A stretch of 64,000 nt of DNA from Planctomycetota bacterium (GTDB taxonomy: Bacteria; Planctomycetota; Phycisphaerae; SM23-33). Shown one piece after another: positions 1-8,287 of the stretch. The stretch lies in contig JAJRYB010000067.1 in assembly GCA_024275995.1 (NCBI GenBank), positions 28,417 through 92,416 of the forward strand. Reading direction: 5' to 3'. Positions within the stretch are counted from its first letter, which is position 1, and every line of letters begins with the position of its first letter. The position numbers were made by a program, and so were the translations under genes. The notes under the pieces were generated by a model that saw nothing but the letters and a program-made list of their open reading frames with translations, was not told where the DNA came from and made no database searches.

Positions 1-447
1 GGTAAACCCACGGCAGAGGAATGGTCCATCCTGCAGGGACACACCTATTACACGTTCCGTATTCTGGATACGATCGGCGGGATGCCGCAGATCAGCGAGT
101 GGGCGGCGTTCCACCACGAACGCCTCGACGGTAAAGGCTACCCGTTCGGTCATAAGGGTAGGGATCTGACACTCGGCGCCCGGATCATGGCCGTTGCCGA
201 CACGTTCACAGCCGTAACCGAGGATAGACCGTACCGCAAGGGCATGGAAGACGAAGAGGCTTTGGGCGTGTTGACCGGGCTTGTCGCCAATGGCGGGCTT
301 GATGGGCAGGTTGTGGAGACGCTCCGACGGGATTTCGGCGTAATCAACGCCATTCGACGGAAAGAACAAAAGGCCTACGCCGTGAAGCAACGGCGATTGC
401 TGGAGGCGACAGGTGATGTGCCTGCCGTCGCCTGCGCCGAGGTCTGA
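1..447 (+). CDS. HD-GYP domain phosphodiesterase, C-terminal fragment (5' end outside window)
   Basis: Frame 1 is open from nt 1 to the stop at 447. Translation contains HHERLDGKGYPFG, the HD-GYP signature. The ORF-track start at 82 is an internal Met. Confidence 0.7.
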   Translation, partial: GKPTAEEWSILQGHTYYTFRILDTIGGMPQISEWAAFHHERLDGKGYPFGHKGRDLTLGARIMAVADTFTAVTEDRPYRKGMEDEEALGVLTGLVANGGLDGQVVETLRRDFGVINAIRRKEQKAYAVKQRRLLEATGDVPAVACAEV

Positions 448-672
448 ATTATACGCCGGATTCGGGGTTCAAGAGTTTACGGCAGGTTCCGCTTCGCCCC
501 GCTCAGGGCTGGTCTCCAACCACTCCGCGAATTGACATAACACCCCCGCCGCCAGGTAGCTGTGATCGTCGCTTGCAATTTTGCGGTTTTCTTTCGTAAC
601 TTGCTGCGGTAACCTGACCCCTTCCGACGTGTTGAATTCTCGGGACGACAGTGTCCCACAGGAGATTTTTCC

Positions 673-1722
673 ATGAGTGAAGGGGCAAAACAACCTGCCG
701 ATCTGCGCATCATCGAGAACCTCAACAAGGCCAAGGCGAAACTGTACGCCGAGTTGCACAAGGTTATCATCGGCCAGGACGCAGTACTCGAGATGCTTCT
801 CCAGGCGATGCTCTCCCGTGGGCACTGCCTTCTGGTGGGCGTTCCGGGACTGGCCAAGACACTGATGATCTCGACGCTCGCGGAGGTCCTCAAGCTGTCG
901 TTCAACCGCATCCAATTCACGCCGGACCTCATGCCGTCCGACATCACGGGAACGGATATCATCGAGGAGGACCTCACCACGGGGCGGCGCGCGTTCAGGT
1001 TCGTCAAGGGTCCGGTATTCGCGAACATCATCCTGGCCGACGAGATCAACCGCACGCCCCCCAAGACCCAGGCGGCACTGCTCCAGGCGATGCAGGAATA
1101 CCACGTCACGACCGGTGGAAACACATACGAAGTCGAGCAGCCCTTTTTCGTGCTGGCTACGCAGAACCCTATCGAGCAGGAAGGCACCTACCCCCTGCCC
1201 GAGGCACAGCTCGACAGGTTCATGTTCATGGTGATGGTGGATTATCCCTCGCTCGAGGAAGAACGCCTGATCGCCAAAACAACCACGACGGAAATCCAGG
1301 GTCGGCCTGATACCGTTCTCAGCGGAGAGGACGTCCTCGCCCTCCAGCGGATCGTGCGGAAGATACCCGTATCCCAGCACGTGGTGGATTACGCCGTAAG
1401 TCTCGCGCGTGCGTCCAGGCCGTCGGACGCCTCATCGCCGGACTTCATCCGGAACTATCTTACGTGGGGCGCCGGTCCGCGAGCGGCCCAATACCTGCTG
1501 CTCGGCGCCAAGAGCCGTGCCCTGCTCCACGGGCGGTTCAACGTAGCCGCACAGGACGTTCGCGCCATGGCAAGGCCGGTGATGCGGCATCGTATCTTCA
1601 CGAACTTCAACGCCGACGCCGAGGGTGTCAGCCCGGACGATATAATCGACATGCTGGTCCAGGCGGTAAGCGAACCGCAAGTCGAGGACTACCGCGCCCA
1701 GAGCGAACCGGTGAGCGTGTAA
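673..1722 (+). CDS. MoxR-family AAA+ ATPase
   Basis: Walker A motif LLVGVPGLAKT. ILADEINRTPPKTQAALLQAMQE is the MoxR signature. Length of 349 aa fits the family. Confidence 0.9.
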   Translation: MSEGAKQPADLRIIENLNKAKAKLYAELHKVIIGQDAVLEMLLQAMLSRGHCLLVGVPGLAKTLMISTLAEVLKLSFNRIQFTPDLMPSDITGTDIIEEDLTTGRRAFRFVKGPVFANIILADEINRTPPKTQAALLQAMQEYHVTTGGNTYEVEQPFFVLATQNPIEQEGTYPLPEAQLDRFMFMVMVDYPSLEEERLIAKTTTTEIQGRPDTVLSGEDVLALQRIVRKIPVSQHVVDYAVSLARASRPSDASSPDFIRNYLTWGAGPRAAQYLLLGAKSRALLHGRFNVAAQDVRAMARPVMRHRIFTNFNADAEGVSPDDIIDMLVQAVSEPQVEDYRAQSEPVSV

Positions 1723-1738
1723 TCTCCCACGATCCCCC

Positions 1739-3211
1739 ATGAAAAAACTGATCGCGATTTCGGTAATAATGGCAGCGGCTTGCCCGGTCCTCCAGGCCCA
1801 ATCGTCCAACACGCAGGCGGCGATGAAGCACCTCCGCGGGTCGCTTGGCGACAAGCGTTCGATCAACATGGTGCTCACCGTACTCCGCGCCACCGGCGAT
1901 AAGCACCTGCTGCCCCTGTTCACGGCGGTTTCTCGCAGTGCCGATAAGAAGCGCCGGCTGTTCGCCGTCTCGGCGCTTCCGGAAATAGGCGACAAGGCGT
2001 CCGCGCCGGTGCTGCTGGAACGCCTGCGGAAAGACCCGCTTATGGCGGTTCGGTCCGAGGCGCTTATCAGGCTTCTGGACCTAAAGGCGATATCGGACGA
2101 GCAGCTTATCGAAGTCCTCAAGACCTCCGACGACGGAATCCAATGCATCGCCGCGAGGGAGCTGGTTCGGCGAGGACGTGGTATGGAAGCCGAAAAGACG
2201 CTGCGAACGCTCACGTTCGTGACGGATCTTTCGACGGCGTGCATGGCGCGGGTATCCCTGCTGAGTCTCGGATACAACGAGCAGCTCGACGAACTCAAGA
2301 AGACGTTCGCCGATCCGAACACGCCGCAGGAGGTGAAGGCCCTTGTGCTTTACCAGATCGCCGAAGACAAGGTCGTGCTCGGCATGGACCTGGTGCGGAT
2401 GATGACGCGGAGCAAATCGAGCCGCCTCCGGCTGGCGGCGTACCGCGCGATCAAGGAGATATCTCCGCGGGCAAGCGCCGAACTTGCGGACGCTATCGGA
2501 AAATCCACCAGGACGGGTATCCGTGTCCGCCTGCTGAAACTCCTTGCCGATCGTTCCGATTCGAGCCTGTTCCTGGTGCAGATCAGCAAGGGCAAAGACG
2601 TCATCGCCGACCTCGCCCGCTTTGAACTGTTGCGAATCAAGGGAGGCGACCGCGCCGCCGGCGCCGTCGCACAGGTTGTAAAAAGCGGACACCCCATCGT
2701 AATCGATTACGTGCTTAGCCGCGCCAATGAGGACATCAAAAAACGCCCGGACAAATCCGCTTACTACGCGATCTCTCTGGCGGAATATATCCGCAGCGTG
2801 GAACCCTTCCCCAAGGCGATGGGCGCCGATCATCAGCGGGCCGCCGTCGCCGCGACGCTTCTGGGCGACCTGGGAACGCCCGAGGCGCTCGGACTGCTCA
2901 GAAAGATCCTCTCAGGCCGCTACAACGGCGTTACCCGCGCGACGGCGGCGGGACTTCTGCGATCGACCAACCGCGCGGTCTGCGACATCGCGGCGCCGCT
3001 ATTGCGAAATCCCTATCGCGAAATCGCAATGGATGCCGCGTTCACCATGGGGCGCTTCGCCGATCGGCGAGCGGCGCCGATGCTGCGAACCACGCTGGAC
3101 CATCCGCAGCGTTATTCCAGTGCGGTTACCGCACTGTGCGCGTGGTATCTCCTGAAAATCGAAAAAGCCACTCAAAAGGCGGGCCAAGACCTCGCTAAAG
3201 TGATAAGATAA
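1739..3211 (+). CDS. Secreted HEAT/PBS-lyase-like repeat protein
   Basis: N-terminal signal peptide MKKLIAISVIMAAACPVLQA. Repeated (A)VR..A..AL..IGD..A...L motifs typical of HEAT-like repeats. Confidence 0.55.
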   Translation: MKKLIAISVIMAAACPVLQAQSSNTQAAMKHLRGSLGDKRSINMVLTVLRATGDKHLLPLFTAVSRSADKKRRLFAVSALPEIGDKASAPVLLERLRKDPLMAVRSEALIRLLDLKAISDEQLIEVLKTSDDGIQCIAARELVRRGRGMEAEKTLRTLTFVTDLSTACMARVSLLSLGYNEQLDELKKTFADPNTPQEVKALVLYQIAEDKVVLGMDLVRMMTRSKSSRLRLAAYRAIKEISPRASAELADAIGKSTRTGIRVRLLKLLADRSDSSLFLVQISKGKDVIADLARFELLRIKGGDRAAGAVAQVVKSGHPIVIDYVLSRANEDIKKRPDKSAYYAISLAEYIRSVEPFPKAMGADHQRAAVAATLLGDLGTPEALGLLRKILSGRYNGVTRATAAGLLRSTNRAVCDIAAPLLRNPYREIAMDAAFTMGRFADRRAAPMLRTTLDHPQRYSSAVTALCAWYLLKIEKATQKAGQDLAKVIR

Positions 3212-3390
3212 GCCAAGTCAAGCAATTACAAGGCCTGGCCGCGAATTCTCGCGATACGATTCCACCAGAATATACTCTTTCCGATGTTTTTTTCTTGCTC
3301 GGGCTTCATATAAGCGTAGAATATTCGCCTTGTTGAACTTTCGATGCTTACTGCCTTATAGAAAAAAGGTTAGTCGCACAACGAGGTTGC

Positions 3391-4170
3391 ATGAATCAGG
3401 TTGCCGGGAAACCAAAGAGGGCAAAACTTTCGCCGTCCATGGAAGATTACCTGGAGGCGATTCTCCTGCTTGTTCGTCGCGGGCGGGTCGCGCGTGTGCG
3501 CGATATCGCCAAGCACCTGGGCGTGGGGATGCCCTCGGTCACCGCCGCGATGAAAACTCTCTCTCGTCGCAATCTGGTGAACTACGATCCGTACGAGGTC
3601 ATCACGCTGACCGACGTCGGCCGGGATAAAGCCGGCGAAATCAACCATCGTCACCGGGTGATCCGCGAGTTCCTGACAGAGGTACTTGCCCTTGACGGCG
3701 CCTCCGCCGAGGCGAACGCCTGCCGCATGGAGCACGCCGTCGACGTGGATTTTCTGGAGCGGCTGCAACTCTTTCTGGACTTCACGCAGCGCAGGACCAC
3801 GGACGGAAACGATTGGATCGGGCAGTTTCAGGAATTTTACCGGAATGCCGCAACCCTATCGAAAACATCTGACTCTGATGAAAACGGAGGCGACATGTCG
3901 GATACCGGGACAACCGAAGAAGATAGAAGCGCCGGTATAAAAACCCTTGCCGATTTCAAACCGCCCCAGAAAGTCCGGATCGTCCGGATTTCGGGAGCGA
4001 CGGCTGCGAACCGACGACTGGTGGAGATGGGCCTGACGAAAGGCACGATCGTTTCGGTGCTTCGCGTGGCGCCGTTGGGCGATCCGTTTGAAATCAAGGT
4101 GCGCGGGTACAACCTCTCGCTCCGCAAGGCGGAAGCCCGCGGGATCGAGGCACAAGAGGTTCCTCAATGA
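3391..4170 (+). CDS. DtxR/MntR-family metal-dependent repressor with C-terminal FeoA (SH3-like) domain
   Basis: N-terminal winged HTH with a DtxR-like metal/dimerisation region (EDYLEAILLL...RDIAKHLGV...). C-terminal KVRIVRISGATAANRRLVEMGLTKGTIVSVLRVAPLGDPFEIKV is FeoA-like. Stop overlaps the next gene's start (ATGA). Confidence 0.8.
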   Translation: MNQVAGKPKRAKLSPSMEDYLEAILLLVRRGRVARVRDIAKHLGVGMPSVTAAMKTLSRRNLVNYDPYEVITLTDVGRDKAGEINHRHRVIREFLTEVLALDGASAEANACRMEHAVDVDFLERLQLFLDFTQRRTTDGNDWIGQFQEFYRNAATLSKTSDSDENGGDMSDTGTTEEDRSAGIKTLADFKPPQKVRIVRISGATAANRRLVEMGLTKGTIVSVLRVAPLGDPFEIKVRGYNLSLRKAEARGIEAQEVPQ

Positions 4171-4448
4171 CAGCGGATTGCGAGATGGGTTCCGGCGCCG
4201 GACCCGAAACACCCAACCGGACCGCCCTGCCCTTGACGATGGTCTCGGAAGGGCAGGAGATTATCCTTCGCCGCATCGACGGCGGTCGAAAGTTCGCCCA
4301 CCGCATGGCGGAGATGGGCCTGACGCCCGGTGTGAAGTTCCGCGTGCTTCGATGCAGCAGACCAGGTCCGTTTATCATCACCGTCAAGGATCATCGCCTC
4401 GTTCTGGGGCGAGGAATGGTGCATCGGATATTCGTCGCTCCGCAATAA
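4167..4448 (+). CDS. feoA: FeoA family protein
   Basis: GQEIILRRIDGG..RMAEMGLTPGVKFRVLRCSRPGPFIITVKDHRLVLGRGM is a FeoA fold. The true start may be an internal Met (4185 or 4239). Confidence 0.7.
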   Translation: MTADCEMGSGAGPETPNRTALPLTMVSEGQEIILRRIDGGRKFAHRMAEMGLTPGVKFRVLRCSRPGPFIITVKDHRLVLGRGMVHRIFVAPQ

Positions 4449-4466
4449 CGACAGCAGGAAAAGGAC

Positions 4467-6614
4467 ATGGCCGATAAGCAACTGACAATCGCCCTTGCGG
4501 GCAACCCCAACTCGGGGAAAACGACGATTTTCAACGCCATTACCGGTTCGCACCAGCACGTGGGTAACTACCCCGGCGTCACCGTCGAGAAGAAGGAAGG
4601 TCAAGTCTCGCGTGACGGCGTGAACTTGCGGATCGTGGACCTGCCCGGTACGTACAGCCTGACCGCCCATAGCATCGAGGAGATTGTCGCGCGAAATTTT
4701 ATCCTCGACGAAGAGCCGAACGTGATCGTGGCCATCATCGACTCGTCGAACATGGAGAGGAACCTGTACCTTGCGACGCAACTGATCGAACTTGACATGC
4801 CCCTGGTATTGGCGTTTAACATGTCGGACGTCGCCGAGAGCAGGGGCTTTCGCATCGACGTTCAGTCGCTTTCCGAACTGCTCGGCGTGCCGATAGTCCA
4901 AACGGTGGGGCACAAGAAAAAAGGCATCGACGAACTGCTCAAGGCGGTGCTGGACGTCGGACAAAACCCCGTTCAGGCCGTTGCGAAGCAGCGGCATCCG
5001 AACTATGGCGGCGAAATCGAGCCGCACGTCGATCAAATACAACGGCTCCTTGAAGACCGATGCACCCTCGATAGACACTTGCGATGGTTTGCGATCAAGC
5101 TTCTGGAGGGGGACGAAGAAACGCACAAACGCGTGGGGAACCTGTGCCCCGAAAGCATCGGGATGTTGACTGACCAGGCGGACAGGCTTCGCAGTCACGT
5201 TGAAAGCATCTGTGGCGACGACGCCGAGATCATCCTCGCCGACCGGCGATACGGGTTCATTTCCGGCGCGTGCACGGAGACGGTCGTGCAAACCGTCGAG
5301 GCCCGTCACGAGCGATCCGACCGTATCGATTCGGTGCTAACCAACCGCTATCTGGGGCTTCCGATTTTCGCCGTGCTGATGTATCTGGTATTCCACCTTA
5401 CCTTCACGCTGGGCGAGCCTCCGATGGGATGGATCGAAGAGGGTATCGGATGGATGGGCGAGCGCGTGGAAAACTTCTGGCCGGCCGACAGCAACAGCAC
5501 GCTGCGTTCGCTGATCCTGGACGGTATTATCGCAGGTGTTGGTGGAGTTATCGTCTTCCTGCCGAATATCCTGCTTCTTTTCCTGGCAATCGCCATTCTG
5601 GAAGACACCGGATACATGGCCCGGGCGGCGTTCATCATGGACCGCCTGATGCACAAGATCGGTCTGCACGGGAAAAGTTTCATCCCGATGCTGATCGGGT
5701 TCGGGTGCAGTATTCCGGGGATCATGGCTACGCGAACGCTGGAGACGCGCCGCGACCGTCTTACGACGATGCTTGTGCTTCCGCTCATGAGCTGCGGAGC
5801 ACGTCTTCCGATTTACGCCCTGATCATCCCGGCATTTTTCCCGTCGGCCTGGCGGGGGCCGATGCTGTGGGTGATCTACTTTATCGGGATCCTGCTGGCA
5901 ATTGTCGGGGCCAAGCTGCTTCGGGCAACGCTGTTCCGCGGACAAACGACGCCGTTCGTCATGGAACTGCCTCCCTACCGCATGCCGACACTTCGCGGCG
6001 TGACCATCCACATGTGGGAGAGGAGCTGGTTGTATCTGAAAAAAGCCGGCACTATTATCCTGGGCGTCTCGATTGTCCTGTGGGCGATGACCACGTTCCC
6101 GAAAAAAATCGACCTCGACCGTGATTACGATACCCTGATTGCCCAGGTGGAGAATCAGCAGGCCGATCCGGAACTGGCAGCCGAAAAAGTTGCCGAACTC
6201 AAAAACGCTCGACAGGCGGAGGTCTTGTCGTATTCCACCATCGGACGAATCGGAAAGGCAATAGAACCGGTGATTCGCCCCATGGGATTCGACTGGAAAA
6301 TTGGAACGGCGACGATCGGGGCACTTGCCGCCAAGGAGGTTTTTGTTGCACAGTTGGGCATCGTCTTCTCGGTTGGCGAAGCCGACGAAGAGTCAGACTC
6401 GCTACGGGAAAAGCTCAGGGCGCGATACACGCCGCTGGTGGGCTTTTGTGTGATGCTGTTCATGCTAATAACAGCACCATGTATCGCGACCGTTGCCGTC
6501 GTCAAACGGGAAGCCAATTCGTGGGCCGTCGCGCTGTTGCAATTCGCCGGATTGACGGTCCTGGCGTGGGTCATAACGACGGCTGTTTTCCAGATAGGCC
6601 GGCTGGTAACGTGA
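4467..6614 (+). CDS. feoB: Ferrous iron transporter FeoB
   Basis: N-terminal G-domain GNPNSGKTTIFNAITG, followed by the polytopic membrane domain. Length of 715 aa fits FeoB. Confidence 0.92.
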   Translation: MADKQLTIALAGNPNSGKTTIFNAITGSHQHVGNYPGVTVEKKEGQVSRDGVNLRIVDLPGTYSLTAHSIEEIVARNFILDEEPNVIVAIIDSSNMERNLYLATQLIELDMPLVLAFNMSDVAESRGFRIDVQSLSELLGVPIVQTVGHKKKGIDELLKAVLDVGQNPVQAVAKQRHPNYGGEIEPHVDQIQRLLEDRCTLDRHLRWFAIKLLEGDEETHKRVGNLCPESIGMLTDQADRLRSHVESICGDDAEIILADRRYGFISGACTETVVQTVEARHERSDRIDSVLTNRYLGLPIFAVLMYLVFHLTFTLGEPPMGWIEEGIGWMGERVENFWPADSNSTLRSLILDGIIAGVGGVIVFLPNILLLFLAIAILEDTGYMARAAFIMDRLMHKIGLHGKSFIPMLIGFGCSIPGIMATRTLETRRDRLTTMLVLPLMSCGARLPIYALIIPAFFPSAWRGPMLWVIYFIGILLAIVGAKLLRATLFRGQTTPFVMELPPYRMPTLRGVTIHMWERSWLYLKKAGTIILGVSIVLWAMTTFPKKIDLDRDYDTLIAQVENQQADPELAAEKVAELKNARQAEVLSYSTIGRIGKAIEPVIRPMGFDWKIGTATIGALAAKEVFVAQLGIVFSVGEADEESDSLREKLRARYTPLVGFCVMLFMLITAPCIATVAVVKREANSWAVALLQFAGLTVLAWVITTAVFQIGRLVT

Positions 6615-6661
6615 CACTCTGACGCGCCGCGAAGATATAATGAATGAGGAGGGGCTTTATC

Positions 6662-6823
6662 ATGGAAGCCGTGATTGTCATCCTGATCGTTCTCGCAGCC
6701 GCCATCGCCGGTGGAATCCACATGTACCGTAACGGAGCGGGCGGATGCAGCTGCTGCCCAAAACGCGGCGAATGCCGACCCCCGCAGGACGATCCGCCGG
6801 GCGACGATAGCGCAGACGAATAA
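6662..6823 (+). CDS. FeoB-associated Cys-rich small membrane protein (53 aa, not in ORF track)
   Basis: ATG at 6662 and TAA at 6821. One TM helix (AVIVILIVLAAAIAGGIHMY) followed by GGCSCCPKRGECRPP. This matches the architecture of the small Cys-rich proteins found directly 3' of feoB. Confidence 0.55.
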   Translation: MEAVIVILIVLAAAIAGGIHMYRNGAGGCSCCPKRGECRPPQDDPPGDDSADE

Positions 6824-6844
6824 AGCCAACTGAAAACTGTTTCA

Positions 6845-6876
6845 GCGCAGAGAACGCTAAGGGCGCAGAGACAACC
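6845..6876. repeat. Family-1 CAGAG-rich repeat arm (copy A) in the feo/queC convergent gap
   Basis: GCGCAGAGAACGCTAAGGGCGCAGAGACAACC, near-identical to 38253..38282. Followed by an AT-rich stretch. Confidence 0.55.
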
Positions 6877-6929
6877 AAATTAGGTAAAAAGCGGAAAATG
6901 TCTGCTGCCCAATGCCCGATGCCTGCTGC

Positions 6930-7637
6930 TTATCGATATTTCACCGGGTCGCTCGTGCCTGCGTCGGTAAAACCGGCGAGCCGCAGTCGGCAGGCGTCGC
7001 AGCGCCCGCAGGCGGCGCCCGTTTCGTCCGGATCGTAACAACTATGTGTGAGCGAGTAGTCCACGCCAAGCGCCAAACCCGTGCGGATTATCTGCCCCTT
7101 GCTCATCTCGATAAGCGGCGCGTGGATTTTGAACCGACCTTCGCCCTGCGTCGCCGCCGCGGTCGCAAGGTTGGCGAGCTTTTCGAACGCCTCCACAAAC
7201 TCGGGTCGGCAGTCCGGATAGCCGCTGTAGTCCACCGCGTTGACGCCCAGGAAAATGTCGAACGATCCGACAGTCTCGGCATATCCAAGCGCGACGCTCA
7301 GGAAGATAGTGTTGCGGGCCGGGACGTAAGTGGCGGGAATTTCCGGCGTCTCGCCAGTCTCCGGGCGGTCCTTGGGGACTTCGATTTCGTCGGTAAGCGC
7401 GCTGTGCCCGAAGCCCGCTGCGGCACTGAGGTCCAGCCGGACAACACGATGATCAATTGCGCCGAGCGATTGCGCTACGAGCCGCGCGGAGTCCAGCTCG
7501 AAACGATGCCGCTGGCCGTAATCGAAGCTCAGCGCATGGCAGAGGAAGCCTCGATCCTGCGCGATCGCCAGCACCGTAGCCGAGTCCAGCCCGCCGCTTA
7601 AAAGCACCACCGCCCTGTCCTTCTCGCCGGATGTCAT
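6930..7637 (-). CDS. queC: 7-cyano-7-deazaguanine synthase QueC
   Basis: PP-loop motif [11 protein letters not shown]-terminal Zn-binding [10 protein letters not shown]. Start trimmed to [11 protein letters not shown] (ATG at 7637). Confidence 0.9.
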   Translation of the reverse strand: MTSGEKDRAVVLLSGGLDSATVLAIAQDRGFLCHALSFDYGQRHRFELDSARLVAQSLGAIDHRVVRLDLSAAAGFGHSALTDEIEVPKDRPETGETPEIPATYVPARNTIFLSVALGYAETVGSFDIFLGVNAVDYSGYPDCRPEFVEAFEKLANLATAAATQGEGRFKIHAPLIEMSKGQIIRTGLALGVDYSLTHSCYDPDETGAACGRCDACRLRLAGFTDAGTSDPVKYR

Positions 7638-7738
7638 CTCCCATACCATACCGCCCTTTAACTTTGCCGGCAATCGGTGTAGTCTGTTCGGGCAGGAGTT
7701 GTGCGGTAAAAACACGAGTCGCCTTTGACGAGGCCAAT

Positions 7739-8083
7739 ATGTCGAAACTGGAAACCTTCGATAATCCTCATCCGGGTCGGGATTACGTTATCCGGCACGT
7801 CGCGCCGGAGTTCACCAGCGTCTGCCCCAAGACGGGGCAGCCCGACTTCGGTACTATCGAGATCGAATACGTAGCGGACAAGCTCTGCGTTGAACTCAAG
7901 AGTCTCAAGCTCTACCTCCAGGGCTATCGCAACGAGGGCGTATTCTACGAGGATATCGTCAACCGGATTCTCGATGACCTCCTGTCTGCATTGAAACCTC
8001 GTCGCCTGGTTGTAACCGGCAAATTTACGCCCCGCGGCGGGATGCATTCGATCGTGACGGCCGAGCACGTCGCGCGGAGCTGA
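7739..8083 (+). CDS. queF: NADPH-dependent 7-cyano-7-deazaguanine reductase QueF (YkvM type)
   Basis: Contains [18 protein letters not shown] and the EIEY...[11 protein letters not shown] motifs. Start at [10 protein letters not shown] (ATG at 7739). Divergent from queC. Confidence 0.88.
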   Translation: MSKLETFDNPHPGRDYVIRHVAPEFTSVCPKTGQPDFGTIEIEYVADKLCVELKSLKLYLQGYRNEGVFYEDIVNRILDDLLSALKPRRLVVTGKFTPRGGMHSIVTAEHVARS

Positions 8084-8287
8084 CAGGGCATTCCCGCCTG
8101 CCGACTGGCGGGCACAAGTCGCGGATAAGGGAACGTTCATGGACCTTGACGCCGTATTCGGCTGCATCGCAGTGGCGCTGTCGCTGGGACTGATTGTAGG
8201 CCTGGTGCTGTGGTCTTGCCGGTCGATCGACCGCATCGCCCGCAAGGGTCTGGGCAGTGCCCGCGAGATATTGAAGGATAAGCGCAC

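Noticed and set aside
469-1380. 303-aa and 236-aa minus-strand ORFs
   Set aside because: They lie antisense to the MoxR ATPase gene, which has clear Walker motifs. High-GC shadow ORFs.
3211-3390. DtxR/IdeR iron box in the dtxR-feo promoter
   Set aside because: There is only a weak partial match (AGGTTAGTCGCACAACGAGGTTGC) with no clear 19-bp palindrome.
6912-7601. 229-aa plus-strand ORF
   Set aside because: It lies antisense to queC, which has a PP-loop and a Zn motif.
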